NCBI RefSeq assembly: GCF_036321535.1
Contig: NC_087447.1
Coordinates: 42,534,001-42,598,000, forward strand
DNA length: 64,000 nucleotides
Direction: 5' to 3'
Source of the DNA: Camelus dromedarius
Taxonomy: Eukaryota
Positions 38,801-54,206 of the stretch are shown here, in pieces. A program made the translations under genes and the position numbers. The number at the start of each line of letters is the position of its first letter. Within the stretch, counting starts at the first letter, position 1. The notes beneath the pieces are model-generated. The model searched no databases, was not told where the DNA came from, and saw only the letters and a program-made list of their open reading frames with translations.

Positions 38801-40225
38801 GCCTTTCTAGGAGGACAGGACACTGCTCCTGGAGGCAGCTCTCACCTTCTTGTGCCATCTCAGTCCTGGGAGCAAACAAAGTCTTCAGAAATCACCAGCC
38901 AGAGCAAAGAGAGAGCTTTCTGCCCACCCCGTGCAAGCCTCCTTCTGTGTTAATTGACAGCAGCCCTCGGCATGGGTGAATGAATCCCAGCAACTTCCAG
39001 CGGATTGAGTGCTTGAGTTCAAACAGCTCATAACTGTCAGATAAAAAACAAGATGGTTTTAAGAGAATATGGGATGTATTAACTGTTGTGCTGTCTTTCG
39101 GAATAGGAATAACATCTGTTTGTATTAAAACAATCATTCCAGTTAAGCATAGATCAATGGCCCCATAGTGAGATTTGGAGAGAAATGACTTTTGACTTCA
39201 TTAGAACCAATTGGCTAAGGTTTTCAGGACACAGCAGAGAACAGTATTGGATCGTAGAGAAGTTGAATGAAAAGTTTTTGTACTCATGTTAAAACAGTGC
39301 CACTTTCAGTATTAGAAAGTATTATGTTAGTAGAGAATCCCTGAGAACAAAATCCCTACCCTCAAAGATGTTTTAGAGTTGCATTGCACAAATGGAAAGA
39401 AGCATCACATGAATATGTACTTATTAATGTCATACAAACCAGGCAGAGGTTTTGAGGGTACTCTGGAGTGTAAGAACAGTTCCTTCAGAGTGCTGGGAGG
39501 TGGCAAAGTCCTCAAGAATTGGTATTGAGAAGAGGCATGAGGCTGGCAAACCACACAGATGTCTACTTTGCTATGACCTCATCATTTAGATGCATGTTAA
39601 ACCATCCAGGAAAATAACCCCCTTCCCACCACAGTTACCACAAGATCAGGCCCAATGAAAATTATAGTATGCCTGAAAAGGATTTCACAGCAGCTAAAGG
39701 CAACCACATGTATGAGGTCTCCCTGCTGTCTCTGCTGTTGTGCTCCGAGCCTGCTGAGGGAGAGCCCAGCGATAAGTGAAGGTGGTCACATAAGGGAGCT
39801 CCCTGGGCAGGTGTCCAAGTGGTGATGCCAAAATACGGTAGTCACAGTCACTTCCAAAGTGTGGATTTGGTGGGGGTAGAAAGGAGGGTTGAAATTTTCT
39901 GAAAATCATCTTCAGGAGTGTGTGAAAAAGCGGGGGCTCAGTCAGTCTGCAGATTTCTGTAGAGAGTCTTTTTATCTCCTCCCATTCTTGACCGGCATGG
40001 ATAACAAGATGGCAGAGATAAGAGTCTGAGGACCAGTTCCTGGGGTCCACAGGCTCCGATTCCACACCCAGCAGAGCGCTCCTGGTGGATCCTTTCTTTT
40101 CAGTGTTTTGGGAGGGCTCCCACCTCTTTGGGGGAGTGGAAACATGCTAGCTCTTGGGTGACATAAGAAATTTTTTATATCTCTGTTAATTGACCTGGCT
40201 TCATTTGAATGACATATTCTTCTAA

Positions 40226-40582
<357 letters not shown>

Positions 40583-40719
40583 TGACTTCCACTGAGGCTA
40601 AGTTCACTACACAAGAGTAGACTCCCATAGGGAAGGGAAATGAAGTTTTCTAAAGGAACCAGTCAGAAGGAAATAACATTCAGGACTAAGAAGTGTGAAT
40701 GATGGGGACCAGGTCTCCC

Positions 40720-41430
40720 TGTTCCCACAGAATAAAATCAAATTTCCTTATCTGGCAGCTCTTTGCTACCTGGTTCCTGCTTCTTGTACAAACCTCATCG
40801 GCCTCCTTTCCCCAAACACCAAACCCCCTGCCCTTTGGAGAACAGCCCTTGCTCTTTCATGCCTCCAAGGCTTTTCCAAGCCTTCCTCCCTTCCTGGCTT
40901 GGTAAATTCTCACTCAACCTTTAATAGCCTGCCTAACTTCTAATAATGTAAAGATAATACCTACTGTGGGGGGAGTGTTTAATGTGTGCCAAGGTTGTCC
41001 AAAGAGGTACCATAGTCCATTTAATTCTTACAGCCACCACCCTATGAATGAAGTATTCTTATTTTCATTTGAGAAAATTGTGCAGAAGTTACAGCTAGAA
41101 GGTCACACAGGGAGGAAGTGACAAATGTAGGCTTCAGACGTAGGTCTGCCTGACTCTAAGGCTCATGCTCTTAATCACCATGCTGCACGAGCTCAGAAGC
41201 CTTCCCCAGTGGCCTCAGACAAGGCAGCCAGTTTGTGTTTTGGCTCCCACAGCACTGTATATTCCTCCATTATAGCACGTGGCACTCTGGGTTGAATTGT
41301 GTGTTTCTGTGTCTGTCTGCCCAACTGTGACCCCTCCAAGTCAGGGATCTTGTCTTATTTTTGCCTCTTGGTCTTCCCTTGGTGCCCACCATGAGACATG
41401 CTCAATATGCATTTGTTTGACGGATGAGTC
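40720..41430. mobile_element. L2 interrupted by MIR (~40945-41190)
   Basis: MIR motifs aggtcacacag...gtctgcctgactctaaggctcatgctcttaatcac; L2 end tgctcaatatgcatttgtttgacggatga. Confidence 0.6.
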
Positions 41431-42808
41431 AATACATGGTGTACACAGTCCAGATGCAGCTGCTACACAAGATGAGACACAATAATAACTCCAACGGATA
41501 ACAGGAAGTAATCGGCCATTAAAGGTGTTCCTAAACCACGATTTATATGAGAGGAAGCAATGAGGGTTTCCTTTTAGGAACTCTTCCCCAGGCCATGAAC
41601 CTTCTAGAAGACTGCAATTTGCTAGGAATGATTGTTTACAGTGAGTAGACCTCAGAGATGGGGAGGCAGTTTTGCCGGTGAGAGACTTCTATCCGTTGTC
41701 TCCATCACAAAGCAGAGTGCAGCCTTGAAGCCTGACAAACCAAGGCTGATGCCACCATCACCAACAACAGGTTCTGACAGCCTCATAGGGCCCGGAAAAG
41801 TGGGGCTGGCTCCAGGTGTCCTCGAATGGAGGACCCAGGTCTCCACAGGAGACTCACCTATGGAGTGAGACTCTCCACATTTCACATGTCAGGAGCCAGT
41901 AGAATACCTGAAAGCTTATTTTTAAACATTTAAATGTTTTTAAGATGTCACTGCTCAAATAATACTATAATCAAACCTGAGGAAAGAGTCAAGAAAAAAA
42001 TTCCAGAATTCCATCACATAATCAGTTGTCTTGCTTTTTCATATTCCTTTTTAGTTGTTACATGCATACACAATTTGTACACAGCTGTAATCACAGATCA
42101 ATTTCTTTCTCATGGCACAAATATGTTTTTAGTTCTTTTAAATGACTGTGTAAGAATTTAAGTATGTAAAGAAAATATTATAACTTTTCCCTCTCCCATT
42201 TCCTTTGCCAGAGGTAACCACTGTTCAGTTTGACAAATAGATAGGTTTGTAGTTGGCTTTTTTTATGGGGCGGAGGCTTATCATTAATGTGTTCATACAA
42301 AGTCTTTGTAATTATTGGTTAATGTTGCATTAACTATGTGCAAAGAGTCATCATTTCTTCTGATTACCCTCCCTTCTAACTAATCCAGATGGAATCTGAT
42401 GAGAGAAATCCTAACACATACATACAAATTAAATGTTGTCTGTCTGTTCCAGTCATAAAGTGCTACAGCATTTCCAAATGCCCCAGTACTTCTGATAGAG
42501 CAAAGCAGTAGTTTAGAATCTTTTGGTATAATTTCTGTTAAATAGTGAAAATGTCCCCCAACCTTCCCATCTGTCTTCCTATATAACATTGTTCAAATCT
42601 GTCATTCAGCATTTCTACCAGTCATATTGTGACTACGTGTTTACATAGACAGGGATGTGGCCTGAGTTGAGGTTCTCTTATGCACAGTGCCAAGCACGTG
42701 CTAGGTGCTCACGTACTTCCTGAATGGAAATCAGAGGTCTTCTGGAGCAAATGCAGCCCCAGTAGTGGAAATCTCAGTGTTTTATGTATTGATTCATTTT
42801 CTGCTTAG

Positions 42809-42925
42809 TGACCTGTAACCATGGAAACGGCGGATGCCAGCATTCCTGTGAGGACACTGCTGAAGGCCCAGAGTGCAGCTGCCATCCACAGTACAAGATG
42901 CACGCGGATGGGAGGAGCTGCCTTG
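42809..42925 (+). CDS. SCUBE2: SCUBE2 exon 6 (EGF5)
   Basis: Acceptor ttttctgcttag|; [39 protein letters not shown]; donor gtgaat; 117 nt. Confidence 0.96.
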
Positions 42926-43685
42926 GTGAATGGTGACCCCTATACTGGGTTAGGGTCTGCCCCAGCCTGCTCAACCCGAACCCTAACCCTAACCCTAACT
43001 ATTCATAGGGTTTAGTACCAGATGCAGGCTGTTTCCAGTGCATTTGCCCTCAAACAAGTCCCATGCTGCTTCACATAGGGCAGAGAGAGCAGTCCATGAC
43101 TGGGATGGGGTCCCTTTCTCCCCGTGAGATCTTGGAAAGCTCTTTCCCCTCTTCTGGACTAGGCTACTCTTAAAGCTGGTATTCTGGGGACTGGGACAAC
43201 ACATCCCAAGAGGCCAGGATAACACAAAGTTACAGCTAGCTGTTTGTGGTGACTCAGTGGCCTTTGCCATCAGCAAGAGTCAGGGTTGCATATTTCTGGC
43301 AGGAGGCCTGCCCTGCCCTACATGGGGTGTTCTTTGCTAGCTCCATTTTAGAGGTTCGCCCATCCAAGATTCTTTTCGTCCTGGACTAGGGGTTCTGGAA
43401 TGACTCTGAAGCTTGCATTCCCTAGTGTCTGTGGTCAGTACAGTATAATAAAAAAATCTTTTCAAAAAAAGAAATCTTTTCCATATTTAATGTTTTTAAG
43501 GCTCTGTGGCCATTTGACAAGCTGTGTTTCCCACAGAGCTTCATTGTAACACATTTTTATTGAGTGAACAGAGTCACATATCTCACATTGTTCTCATGTC
43601 TAGGATTTCCGTGGATGTGGCTGTGCGCTGGATGAACAATCTGACTCATTCAGCCTAAGAACTGTGCTCTTTGCGTCTCTTGCAG

Positions 43686-43775
43686 AGCGCGAGGACGCCG
43701 CTCTGGAGGTGACGGAGAGCAATGCCACATCCGTGGCGGATGGGGATAAACGGGTGAAACGACGGCTGCTCATGG
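43686..43775 (+). CDS. SCUBE2: SCUBE2 exon 7 (inter-EGF linker with N-A-T sequon and RVKRR basic site)
   Basis: Acceptor tctcttgcag|; [30 protein letters not shown]; donor gtaggc; 90 nt. Confidence 0.94.
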
Positions 43776-44609
43776 GTAGGCGCCTCACCCCTCCTCCCGC
43801 GCCACTGCCGCCACTGCCGTTGTCTCTTCCCCTCCCCCACTTACTGCGTCTGTCCTGCAGCTGGGGCCCGTGTGCTCTCAGACCAGCTGGACCAGAGTCA
43901 GCACTCCTGTGAAGCCAGGGTGTGTCTGTTCTCCACTCCTTGCTGTGGCTTAGTCACCATACAAGACCCCTGGTATTGCGGGGAGAGTGCCAGCTCAGCT
44001 GTCGAATAGCCAGCCGGGTTAGCATCCCAGCGCTGCTGGGACTGGCGGTGAGACTTGGACACACTGCCCGGAGCCTCTGTGTCCTGGTCTTTCCCTGAGA
44101 TGGATGTAATACAGTTGACCTCTTAGGGTTATCAGGAAGCTCAGTTAAGACAATAATATGCAAAAGAGCCCAGAGTCCAATGCCTGGGACTTAGTGGGTG
44201 GTCAGTGCATGTCAGATCCCTTCCTTTGGAGTAACTGTGGCAAGAGAGGCACTTTGGGCAGCCCCTACTTAGCATGGCGATTTGGCTGGGTTTTTGTCCA
44301 CTGAGTGTTCTATTTCAGACTCAGCCTGTGTTAATGGCAGAAGAGATGAATGGAGAAGAGTGGCACTTGGCTGGGGACACAGGAAGGTCTGACAGCAGGT
44401 CTGCCAGCAGAGCTGGAGTTGAGAGCAGATGTAGAGGCGGTGGCTGTTGGGGTGGGAATCACACAGATGCTTTGACATGATTATTCTGGAGAAAGCTTGG
44501 CTTGAGCTAAGCAAAACTGATCTTTGATAGCTTCTGGATTTGATAGTCAGGTAAGATACAAAGCAGCCATTAGTTAACAGACAGGTAGCATTTCTGGGCT
44601 CATTTCTTT

Positions 44610-45200
44610 TTAACATTTAAGTATAGTTGGTTTACAATGTTGTGTTAGTTTCTGGTGTGCAGCATAGTGATTCAGTTATACATATATTCTTTTTCATATT
44701 CTTTTTTCATTATAGGTTATTACAAGCTATTGAATATAGTTTCCTATGCTATATAGTAGGAGCTTGCTGTTTATCTATTTTGTATAGAATAGTTTGTATC
44801 TGCTAATCCCAAACTCCTAATTTATTCCTCTCCCCCCTTTTCCCCTTTGGTAACCATAGTTTGTTTTCTGTCTGTGTGTCTGTTTCTGGTTAGTAAATAA
44901 ATTCATTTGTATCACTTTTTTTCTAGATTCCACATATAAGTGATATCATGTAATATTTGTCTTTCTCTGTCTGACTTACTTCACTTAGTATGATAATCTC
45001 TAGGTCCATCCATGTTGCTGCAAATGGCATTATTTCATTCTTTTTTATGGCTGAGTAGTATTCCATTGTGTTTATATACCACATCTTCTTTATCCAGTCA
45101 TCTGTCAATGGACATTTAGGTTGCTTCCATGTCTTGGCTATTGTAAATAGTGCTGCTGTGAACACTGGGTACATGTATCTTTTCAAATTAGAGTTTTCTC
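44610..45200 (-). mobile_element. Young L1 3' end, 5'-truncated
   Basis: Open ORF2 C-terminus MYPVFTAALFTIAKTWKQPKCPLTDDWIKKMWYINTMEYYSAIKKNEIMPFAATWMDLEIIILSEVSQTEKDKYYMISLICGI. Confidence 0.93.
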
Positions 45201-45229
45201 CAAATAATGGGGCTCTCTTCTGCCCCATT

Positions 45230-46466
45230 AAATTATTATTTTTAATTGCCTTAAAATAGTACATATGAATAATATAAAAACCTTAAAAACTTAATTAGTA
45301 CCATTAAGCTTGTAATGGAATACACCATTTCCTTGTCTCATAATTTCCCATTTGCCAAAAGCAGCAATTTTAAATTCTCCTAGTTATTTTTTCTTCTCCT
45401 GACTCCCCCTCCCCCATCTTTCTGAAAAGGGAGTGTGTACAGTTATTTCTTGATGTAGCAGTTTTAGATATTAGCTTTTGACTTCCTGCAGAAGACTAAC
45501 TTGTAGCTCTTCTGTCCGCCTCCCTTAGTACACATGCACTCTCCGCCCCCAGACCTTTAATATAGTTTTACAATTTAAATCAACATATGTGTTTACATAC
45601 TGTGAATACCTAAATATGGTTCACCCCTGAGTCATGTAATGTGCTGTGATTGTATCTTCTTTGTTTGCTTAGTTTTCTAAGTACCTCTTACCAATTCTTC
45701 TGCAAATTTGTGACAGAGCTCTAGAACCCTTTTTCAGTGTGTTCAAACACAGCAGGTAGCTTATCAATTCCATTTTCTTCTTTAAAAGTTACTTCTGAAG
45801 CTTCTACCCTGCGCTAGTGGGGCCTGACCGCCGGGCTGGCTGCAGGGCTGTCATCGTGGCCGCTCCCTGAACACCAGCTGGGAAATCCCTTCCCCACGCT
45901 CCTGTTTTGGTAGAGCCCGTGTCTTCTCTTTTGTCCATTTACATGTGTAGAAATAGATTTTTTAAAACTTTGCATGGCTGTAAATGCCCTTATATTCTAC
46001 CTTCACACTTTCTTGAGAACTTGGCTCAGTAAAGAATTCAGAGTTGGGAAGAATATCCCATCAGAGTTTTGAGCATTCAGTGTTGTTCAAGAAGTCATTT
46101 TCATTCTTGATTCTTTGTATGGAACCTACAAAAGCTTCTCTCTGGGTATTTTCAGGGTCTTCTAGTTGTCCCTGGTGATCTGAAATTTCACAACAGTGTC
46201 CCACACTGTGGAATTTGTCCCACTTGTTACACGGAGCACTCAGTAGGCCTTTTCAAGAGGGACATTTGCATCCCTTGGTTCTAAGAAATTTTCTTATATT
46301 TTTCCTTTGATAATTTTCTTTACTCCATTTTCTCTGTTCTTTCTCTCTGAAATTCCTGTTAGCTGGCTGTTGTAACTCCTGGATTGCTTCTCAAATTTTC
46401 TTCTCTTTCCTCTTGTTATCTTTGTTCTTCCTTCTAAGAGAGCTTGCTTGCTTGCTTTCTTTCTTT

Positions 46467-46534
<68 letters not shown>

Positions 46535-47585
46535 TTTCTTTCTTTCTTTCTTTCCTTCTAATCCTTCTATAGGGTTCTCTTAAAATTTTGGCTTTCATAT
46601 TTTAATTTTTCAAGAGTTTTACTTTTTTTGTTGTTGTTGGGACCTGTTCTTACCCATGGATACTTTTCTTACCTCCCTGAGGAAGTTAATTATAAGATTT
46701 TCTAACTTCTCTGTTGTTCCCTGTATTATCTTTATTTCCTTCAGGTTCCTTTTCCTCTGTTTACTTGATTTGGTGTATTTATTTCATATTAGAGGCTCTC
46801 CTGAAATGTCTAGTAATTCTCACTAACTTTTCTTATTTTATAGTGAAACACTAAAAAGCCAACTGGATATTCTGTCACCTGGTAGGGCTTTATGCTTGGG
46901 TGACTAGGCAGTGGCTTTGTCATTTCATTTGGAGATCTTCAAATGCCAATATTTATAGGTCTTTTCACTTGGGCAGGTGGAGATGAATCCTTCAGTCTCC
47001 TGCTGGGGGTATAGGCTTGGCTGCCAGCTCTCTGGGAACTGGGGCGGTGGGGGTGGGGCTGAAAGTTTGAGACCTCTCTTTTCACAAGGTAGACTTTGAC
47101 ACTGCCTCACCCTCCCTCCTCTGCTGCTACTGGTGCCCTTGAGTCCAGGGCTTCTCTGGTCTTACTTTTCCAGAGGATAAATGTGTCTGCTGTAGCCCAA
47201 ATCGGGATGGGCTGTGGGCTGTGGAACTAAGATGGCTATCTGGAGGCTTATTTGTTATAGACTCTCAATCCATCTTCCTGTTCTTAACTCCGTCCTCACC
47301 TCCTCCTCTACAGTAACATTAGTCCTCAATTCCTGAGCCTCTCTGGGATTCTGAGGCTCACACGAGCTTCCCACTTGTTGGCATCCTCTGCATACTGCTA
47401 GTGTTGAACTTCCTGCTATTCCATTGACATGCCACTTCCAAATGTGACAGATTTCATCTGTTGTCTTCTATTTTACTTGTCCTTAAGGATGTATACTTAA
47501 AGAATCTATTTACTCTCATTTCAGTGAGGTTTTGAGAGGAAACAGAGATAAACATGCATGTTCTGTCTGTCATATTTAATCAGAA
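45230..47585 (-). mobile_element. Old L1/HAL1-like remnants
   Basis: Long T-rich degenerate sequence with L1 ORF1-antisense-like text (ctgaaatttcacaac, tccattttctctgttc, ctggattgcttctc). Confidence 0.5.
46442..46559. repeat. (GCTT)4-(TTTC)n tetranucleotide STR
   Basis: Read directly; about 100 nt of uninterrupted pyrimidines. Confidence 0.95.
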
Positions 47586-48315
47586 CTCATCTTGCCCCCT
47601 GAGGCTTTACAATGAGGTAGCTCTGGAAGTAGAATCAGTTTCTGGATGCCTGGATGCTAGCAGTTGAATGAATGGCATTTGTCTATTACTTGGAATTACT
47701 GTATGATATGCAGAACTAGGAGGCCATTAGCTTGTTGTTCCTCATCTCTATAAGTGTGATTTAACAATTGTGGCTGATTTTTCATGTAATTATGACAAGT
47801 CTTTCTCCTCTAAAGGAAAGGTAGACTTCTAATAGGAGTTAATTGGTGATTGCAAGGATGAAGTCATTCATCTACAGCAAGGGAGTGGTTGGGGTGGACC
47901 ACGTTTACCCTCTCTTGCTTTGTCCATTACTCACCTTGAATACAGAAGGTTCAGGATGAGGGAAGGAGCGTCCCCCCTTTGCTCTGTTCTGCCAGATGTC
48001 ATACTTAGCAGGTCACTGGCTGTAGACCAACAGGAACTTCTAGTGGCTTCAAATCTACCAGTAGAGAGGGAAGGCTTAGCAGGTTGGCAGAGGCATATTC
48101 ATCCCTCATGCCACCCTGTCAGGTTTCCCTGAGAGATGTCACTTATTTAGATGGGGAGGAGCTGCACCTGTTCTCCTTCTAACTCACCTGCAGCTGGCAG
48201 AGACTTGGGGTATGACCGTGAGTACTCCACATGCTTCCTGATTTTCATGAATTTCGTCAAATGTTAATGCTGCATTGATATCCCTTTCCTCCCAGCTGTA
48301 TCAGCACTTCTTTAG

Positions 48316-48594
<279 letters not shown>

Positions 48595-49408
48595 TAGTAA
48601 AAGGTTATAATTGAGTAAGCTTAATTAGAGCCACCTTAATTACACTAACTGTTGAGAAGGTCAGCTTCTACAAGCATCAAATGATCCATTTCAGGCAGTG
48701 GCCTTATTAGAAAAAAAAAAGCGGTGTTCAAGGAAACATTCATTTGCAGGAGATAATAATCATCATATCACAAATAACAGCCTAGAGATTATTATATAAA
48801 TAACAGCCAAGATTGTTATCCAGAAACTTAATGAATAACTGTACCATTAATTGTACTGATGAATAGAGACCCCAATGACCTGCTAGCATTTCACAGGCAA
48901 GAGTACAAAGGCTTAGTTCTTTAATATGATTTAAAAAAAAAAAGTAGATAAGTTATCAGATAAAACTGAGAAAAGATAAGATTAACTGAGTATCAGAAAT
49001 CATTTAAAAGCATTGAGGCTATTTGATCGTTGTGTAATTTGCCAAAAAACTCTAGTTCCTTATAACTTTAATCATTAAACTGGAATGGAAAGGATAGGAA
49101 AGGAAGCCATCTTATCCTGAGAGACTAGTGCTAGGGTGAGAATATACTAGGACATCACCAGTCTTTCCCATAGTTTATTTCCTTAACGCTAGTCAAGGGA
49201 AGGGTAGCCTAAGCCAGAGTTCTCTGGGGATCCAGGCACTTCTCTTTCAAAATGCCAGAAAGGAGAACATGTGTCAGATTAAAGACATCAGCAAACATCC
49301 TAAACTCCTTTTATGGGTCTGTTTTTTTTCCGAGGATAATGAAGCGCACACAATAGCACTTTAGGGATTTGTGGAAAACAAGGAAAGTACCCCTGTCTGA
49401 TTTGCTGA

Positions 49409-49555
<147 letters not shown>

Positions 49556-51429
49556 TGAATCGCAGCCGTGCTGTGCAATGCCCACTGGTTGGAACGGAGA
49601 AGACAAGACCCCACCCGGGCAGAGACTGGCCCGCTGGGCTCCTCACCGGAGTCATTAATCCAACCTCCAGCCTGTGCTTCACTTACTTCATCTGTTAGGT
49701 AAAATACAAGCACTGAGGTACCTCACGGGTATATTTTGGAAATTAAGCTGTTAATGATTAGAGAACACCTTGAAGAACCCATCTGGTGAGATCACAGCAG
49801 AGCTGGCTGCTGGAAGCAGGGTGGACCGCAGGATGCAAGCAGGGTTGCACTAGGGTGTTGAGGTTACGAATAATTTTCCTTTTCTAAAGTTTCCTTTAAT
49901 GTTATGGATTTTTGGTGGCAAAAGATGTTGATTTAGTTCACATACCTTTTCCCAGCAAAAAGTTGAGGTCAACTCATAATCACCATCTTGTACCAGGTGG
50001 TCTCTTCCTTATGGGCCTTGTTTGAATGACCAGCCTTTGGTGTTTGGGGAAAGGAAGCGGGTGAGGGAGGGAGGGGATTGAGTGGAGGAAAGGCTGGGTG
50101 GTCCGTGGGCAAGATTTCAGTCCCCTTCTCAGACACATCCCTCCCACATAAGGGCTGCAGCAAGGGAACTTCTCTGTGTAGCAGTTGTTGACATTAATAA
50201 TTATTTTGGACAATGATAAGCTGTTCTGGGTTGGGGGACATCATTTATATTTTCAGATGAGCATCTTTATGCCCAATTGATATACAGGAAGAAGCTCTCA
50301 AGAAAGATGGGCTGTCGTTTATTCCTGTTCCATTTCTGAGAATAAGGACAACCTCACTTATGTTGTTAGAAATCCCAGAATTAAATCAAAATCAGAAAAT
50401 AACATCTGGTTTCACTTTAGCTAATAAAGAACATTGTCTTTTTACAATCTTACGGTGTCAGTCAGGTTTCTCCCTTGGTTTTTTTCTTCTTGATGCACAA
50501 TTTGTCAGGCACTTCACATAGAACTCCCTTTAAATCCAGCGAGTTCATTCTGAATGATCACTGCATGGTTTCCTTCCATTTGACTTGGAAAGAGAATTTG
50601 CTGTTCCACGTAATGTTTCATAATGTATAGAGCAAGAAATACTGTTTAAGCTGTGTAAACACATTAAAAAGGAATTAGAAAAGTGATCTCATTATTTTTG
50701 GCAACGCAAATGCCCAACATGAGCAGCCAAAGTCCGCTACTGAACGAGCCTACTTTCTCAGTAGCTGGCTGATATTAACAGAATTCATAGAATGACCTCA
50801 ATTACTACAGAAGAAATGAACTTTTTCTTATTTTTTACTGATCAGTCTTGGTAGAACAAATATTTGCACAGAACAAAAATTTACTGAAGAAATTTCCAGG
50901 ACTTCTGGGAAAAGTTAACGGATGAAGAGATTTTGTAAGATTTTGCCTTTTTATAATTTCATTTTTTTCATTCCTCGAGTTCCTTCCAAATGTTTGTTTT
51001 TTTTTTATTAACATAGTTTCTCGTGGCACATTTGGCATTGAAAAAGTGATCTAGCAATGGTCTAGTTGGCTTCCCCCTGAGTCCTGCACTGGTCCTGGTT
51101 TATCCATTTGCAGACACAAGTCCTAACTCTGTTAAAACCTTCCAAAGGGTTGAGGAAATGAAGCACTGAAATTCTAGTGTTCAGGAAAGATGTGAGAATC
51201 AGACCAGGGAAGAAAGCATGATTAGATTGACAAATGCAGCCTCCTAAGGTTAGTTTCTGTGATCTCAACTGAAGTCAAGGATGCCTCCACACTGAACCGG
51301 GAAGGGAGGGGCCCCATGGGACTGACGGTGGGAGAGGAATGAAGCCAGGGGATTGGCCAAGAGGATCCTGTTTGGAGCTTAAGCACCAAATTTTGGTGTC
51401 TGCAACAGAAAATCACCAAGGGTGTTAAT

Positions 51430-51645
51430 TTTTTATTATTCTTATTTTTTATTGAAGTGTAGTCAGTTTACAATGATAGTTTTAGGTGTACAGCAAAGTG
51501 ATTCAGTTATACATATACATGCATACATACATATATATTTTTTCAGTTTCTTTTCCATTATGGCTCATTACAAAAAACTGAATATAGTTCCCTGTGCTAT
51601 ATAGTAGATTCTTGCTGCTTATCCCCTTCACACATTGCCATGTGT
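51430..51645 (-). mobile_element. Short 5'-truncated L1 3' end with TSD
   Basis: attgaagtgtagtcagtttacaatg...gaatatagttccctgtgctatatagtag; 14-bp TSD ccaagggtgttaat (51416-51429) and ccaaggatgttaat (51646-51659), one mismatch. Confidence 0.85.
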
Positions 51646-52155
51646 CCAAGGATGTTAATGTTAATGCATTCTTTTAATTCAGAGGGCATCAAAACCCAGG
51701 ATCAACTGGCCTCCTGGGACCAGAAGACTAATTCTGGCAAGATCTGAAAGAGATAGGAACCAGATTTATCTCTAGCTCAAATGTTTCCTTCTTTTAATTG
51801 GCCATAGCTTATAAAATTACTATAGCTTTTTTTTTTCACCAATTAGTAATAAAACAATGATAATGCACGGGTAGCACCTTGTAGTTTACAAACCCTTTTT
51901 AGGTATGCTATCTCACTTGACTTCATTGAGACATTTAAAATTACTCAGCCCTGCAGGTAAGCATGGGTGAGAGAGACCAACGGAGCTTTTAGGCAAGTGC
52001 AATTTGCAATAGAATTTGGAAATAAGAGTCCTGGCTGTGAGTATATTTTCTGTGGGTTACTCAACCCTTTCTTTAACCCAAGTGGGCAGGAGAACTGATA
52101 GATAATTTTTCACTCTATTGTTTTGGTTATTGGACAGCAGCTAGTGTTCTTATAA

Positions 52156-52365
<210 letters not shown>

Positions 52366-53636
52366 TGAGGCTCCTAAGGTTTCCCCAGATCAGGGACAAT
52401 TTTTCTACCTCGGGGGATGAACTGGACATACCAGTCCTGAACAAGAGTAGCGAGTCCATCAACTCAAGGGAAGCATCTGCTACGGGAAATCTTCCCACAT
52501 TTATCCCTTTGACTCTTCAAGTGTGACATGGAGCAGAGAGAAGAGCAAGCAATTTGGACTGTGAATTCTTTAGGGACTTTACTGATGCAGTTGTATGCAG
52601 AGAATGGGAGGATCTCTCAGGAGCTGATACCCTATCCATTGGAACTAGTGAAGTCACTGTCCTCAGAGAGGCTTGGCAGTGCGTCAGTCAGTTCCACAGC
52701 CCTGCTGTGCATTGCAACTGGCTGCAGAGCTTGGTTCAAGCTCTTTGTGCAGGTCTCCGAGCTGGAAGCAGGACCACTGACTCTGTCTCTCAGCTCTGAG
52801 CCCTTATAGCAACATGTCCTGATGTCTCATGACCTCACAGCCAAGTACACTACGGCTTAAGTCAGCTTCGGCGTTCCTCCCCTCCTAATCATCAGATGCA
52901 TTCAGCAGTCTTTGAGGATACAGATTCATAGTCTGGTTCCAAATGTCTAGGGCTTCCAAGGTGGTTTTGGGGATCTGAGGATGTGGGAACCACTGGCCTA
53001 AGTACTTCCTGCCCAGTCCTTGTGTCCTATGTCCTTAAGAAGAATGGATAGTAGTGATTTGCTATAGATAGTGTTGTGTCTCTTCCTTTTCAACTTATCC
53101 CTGGCATGGCTAAAATCATACTCTTCCAGTCCATCAAGAAACCCCAAGGAAATGCTCCCTAAATATGGATGTGTGTCTAGGTTTTAGTTGGAGTCACCTT
53201 CTGACCTGGACTCAGTCTCAGGTTAATGAGGATTAGTGCAAGTCATTTTTCTTATCTACACCCCAGCTATATGAACTGTCACGTGGGGAATCCTAATTCT
53301 CTCTATCTCCCTTGGGACGTAGCCCAGGAGGATGGTGGGGTTTTAAACTGGAAGCCTGTGCAGTGTCTGAGTCTGACATCTGAAAGTAGAATGTGACCGT
53401 TTCTGAGTGTCCTTAATGGGGGAACTGTTTGGTGAAGAATGGAACTCAAGACCATCCTGGTGAGGTGCATACCAGGAAATGCATTGAGTGGGCAGTGGCA
53501 TCAGCTGGCGCCAAGTGCACATTCTGAAGGCAGCCAGCACCTTCCCTTTGTTTAGTGAGTTCCAGCCACGGGACGCCCCCCTGCTCCTTCCTCAGCGGAG
53601 GGGTAGTGTCAGCCGGGTCAGGATGGGCTGCTGTGA

Positions 53637-54179
<543 letters not shown>

Positions 54180-54206
54180 TAAGTGTCTGTATTTTGTCCT
54201 GTCTAG

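Noticed and set aside
48605..48650. Cluster of TAATT homeodomain-like motifs in intron 8
   Set aside because: Short AT-rich motifs arise readily by chance, and conservation cannot be assessed from this sequence alone.
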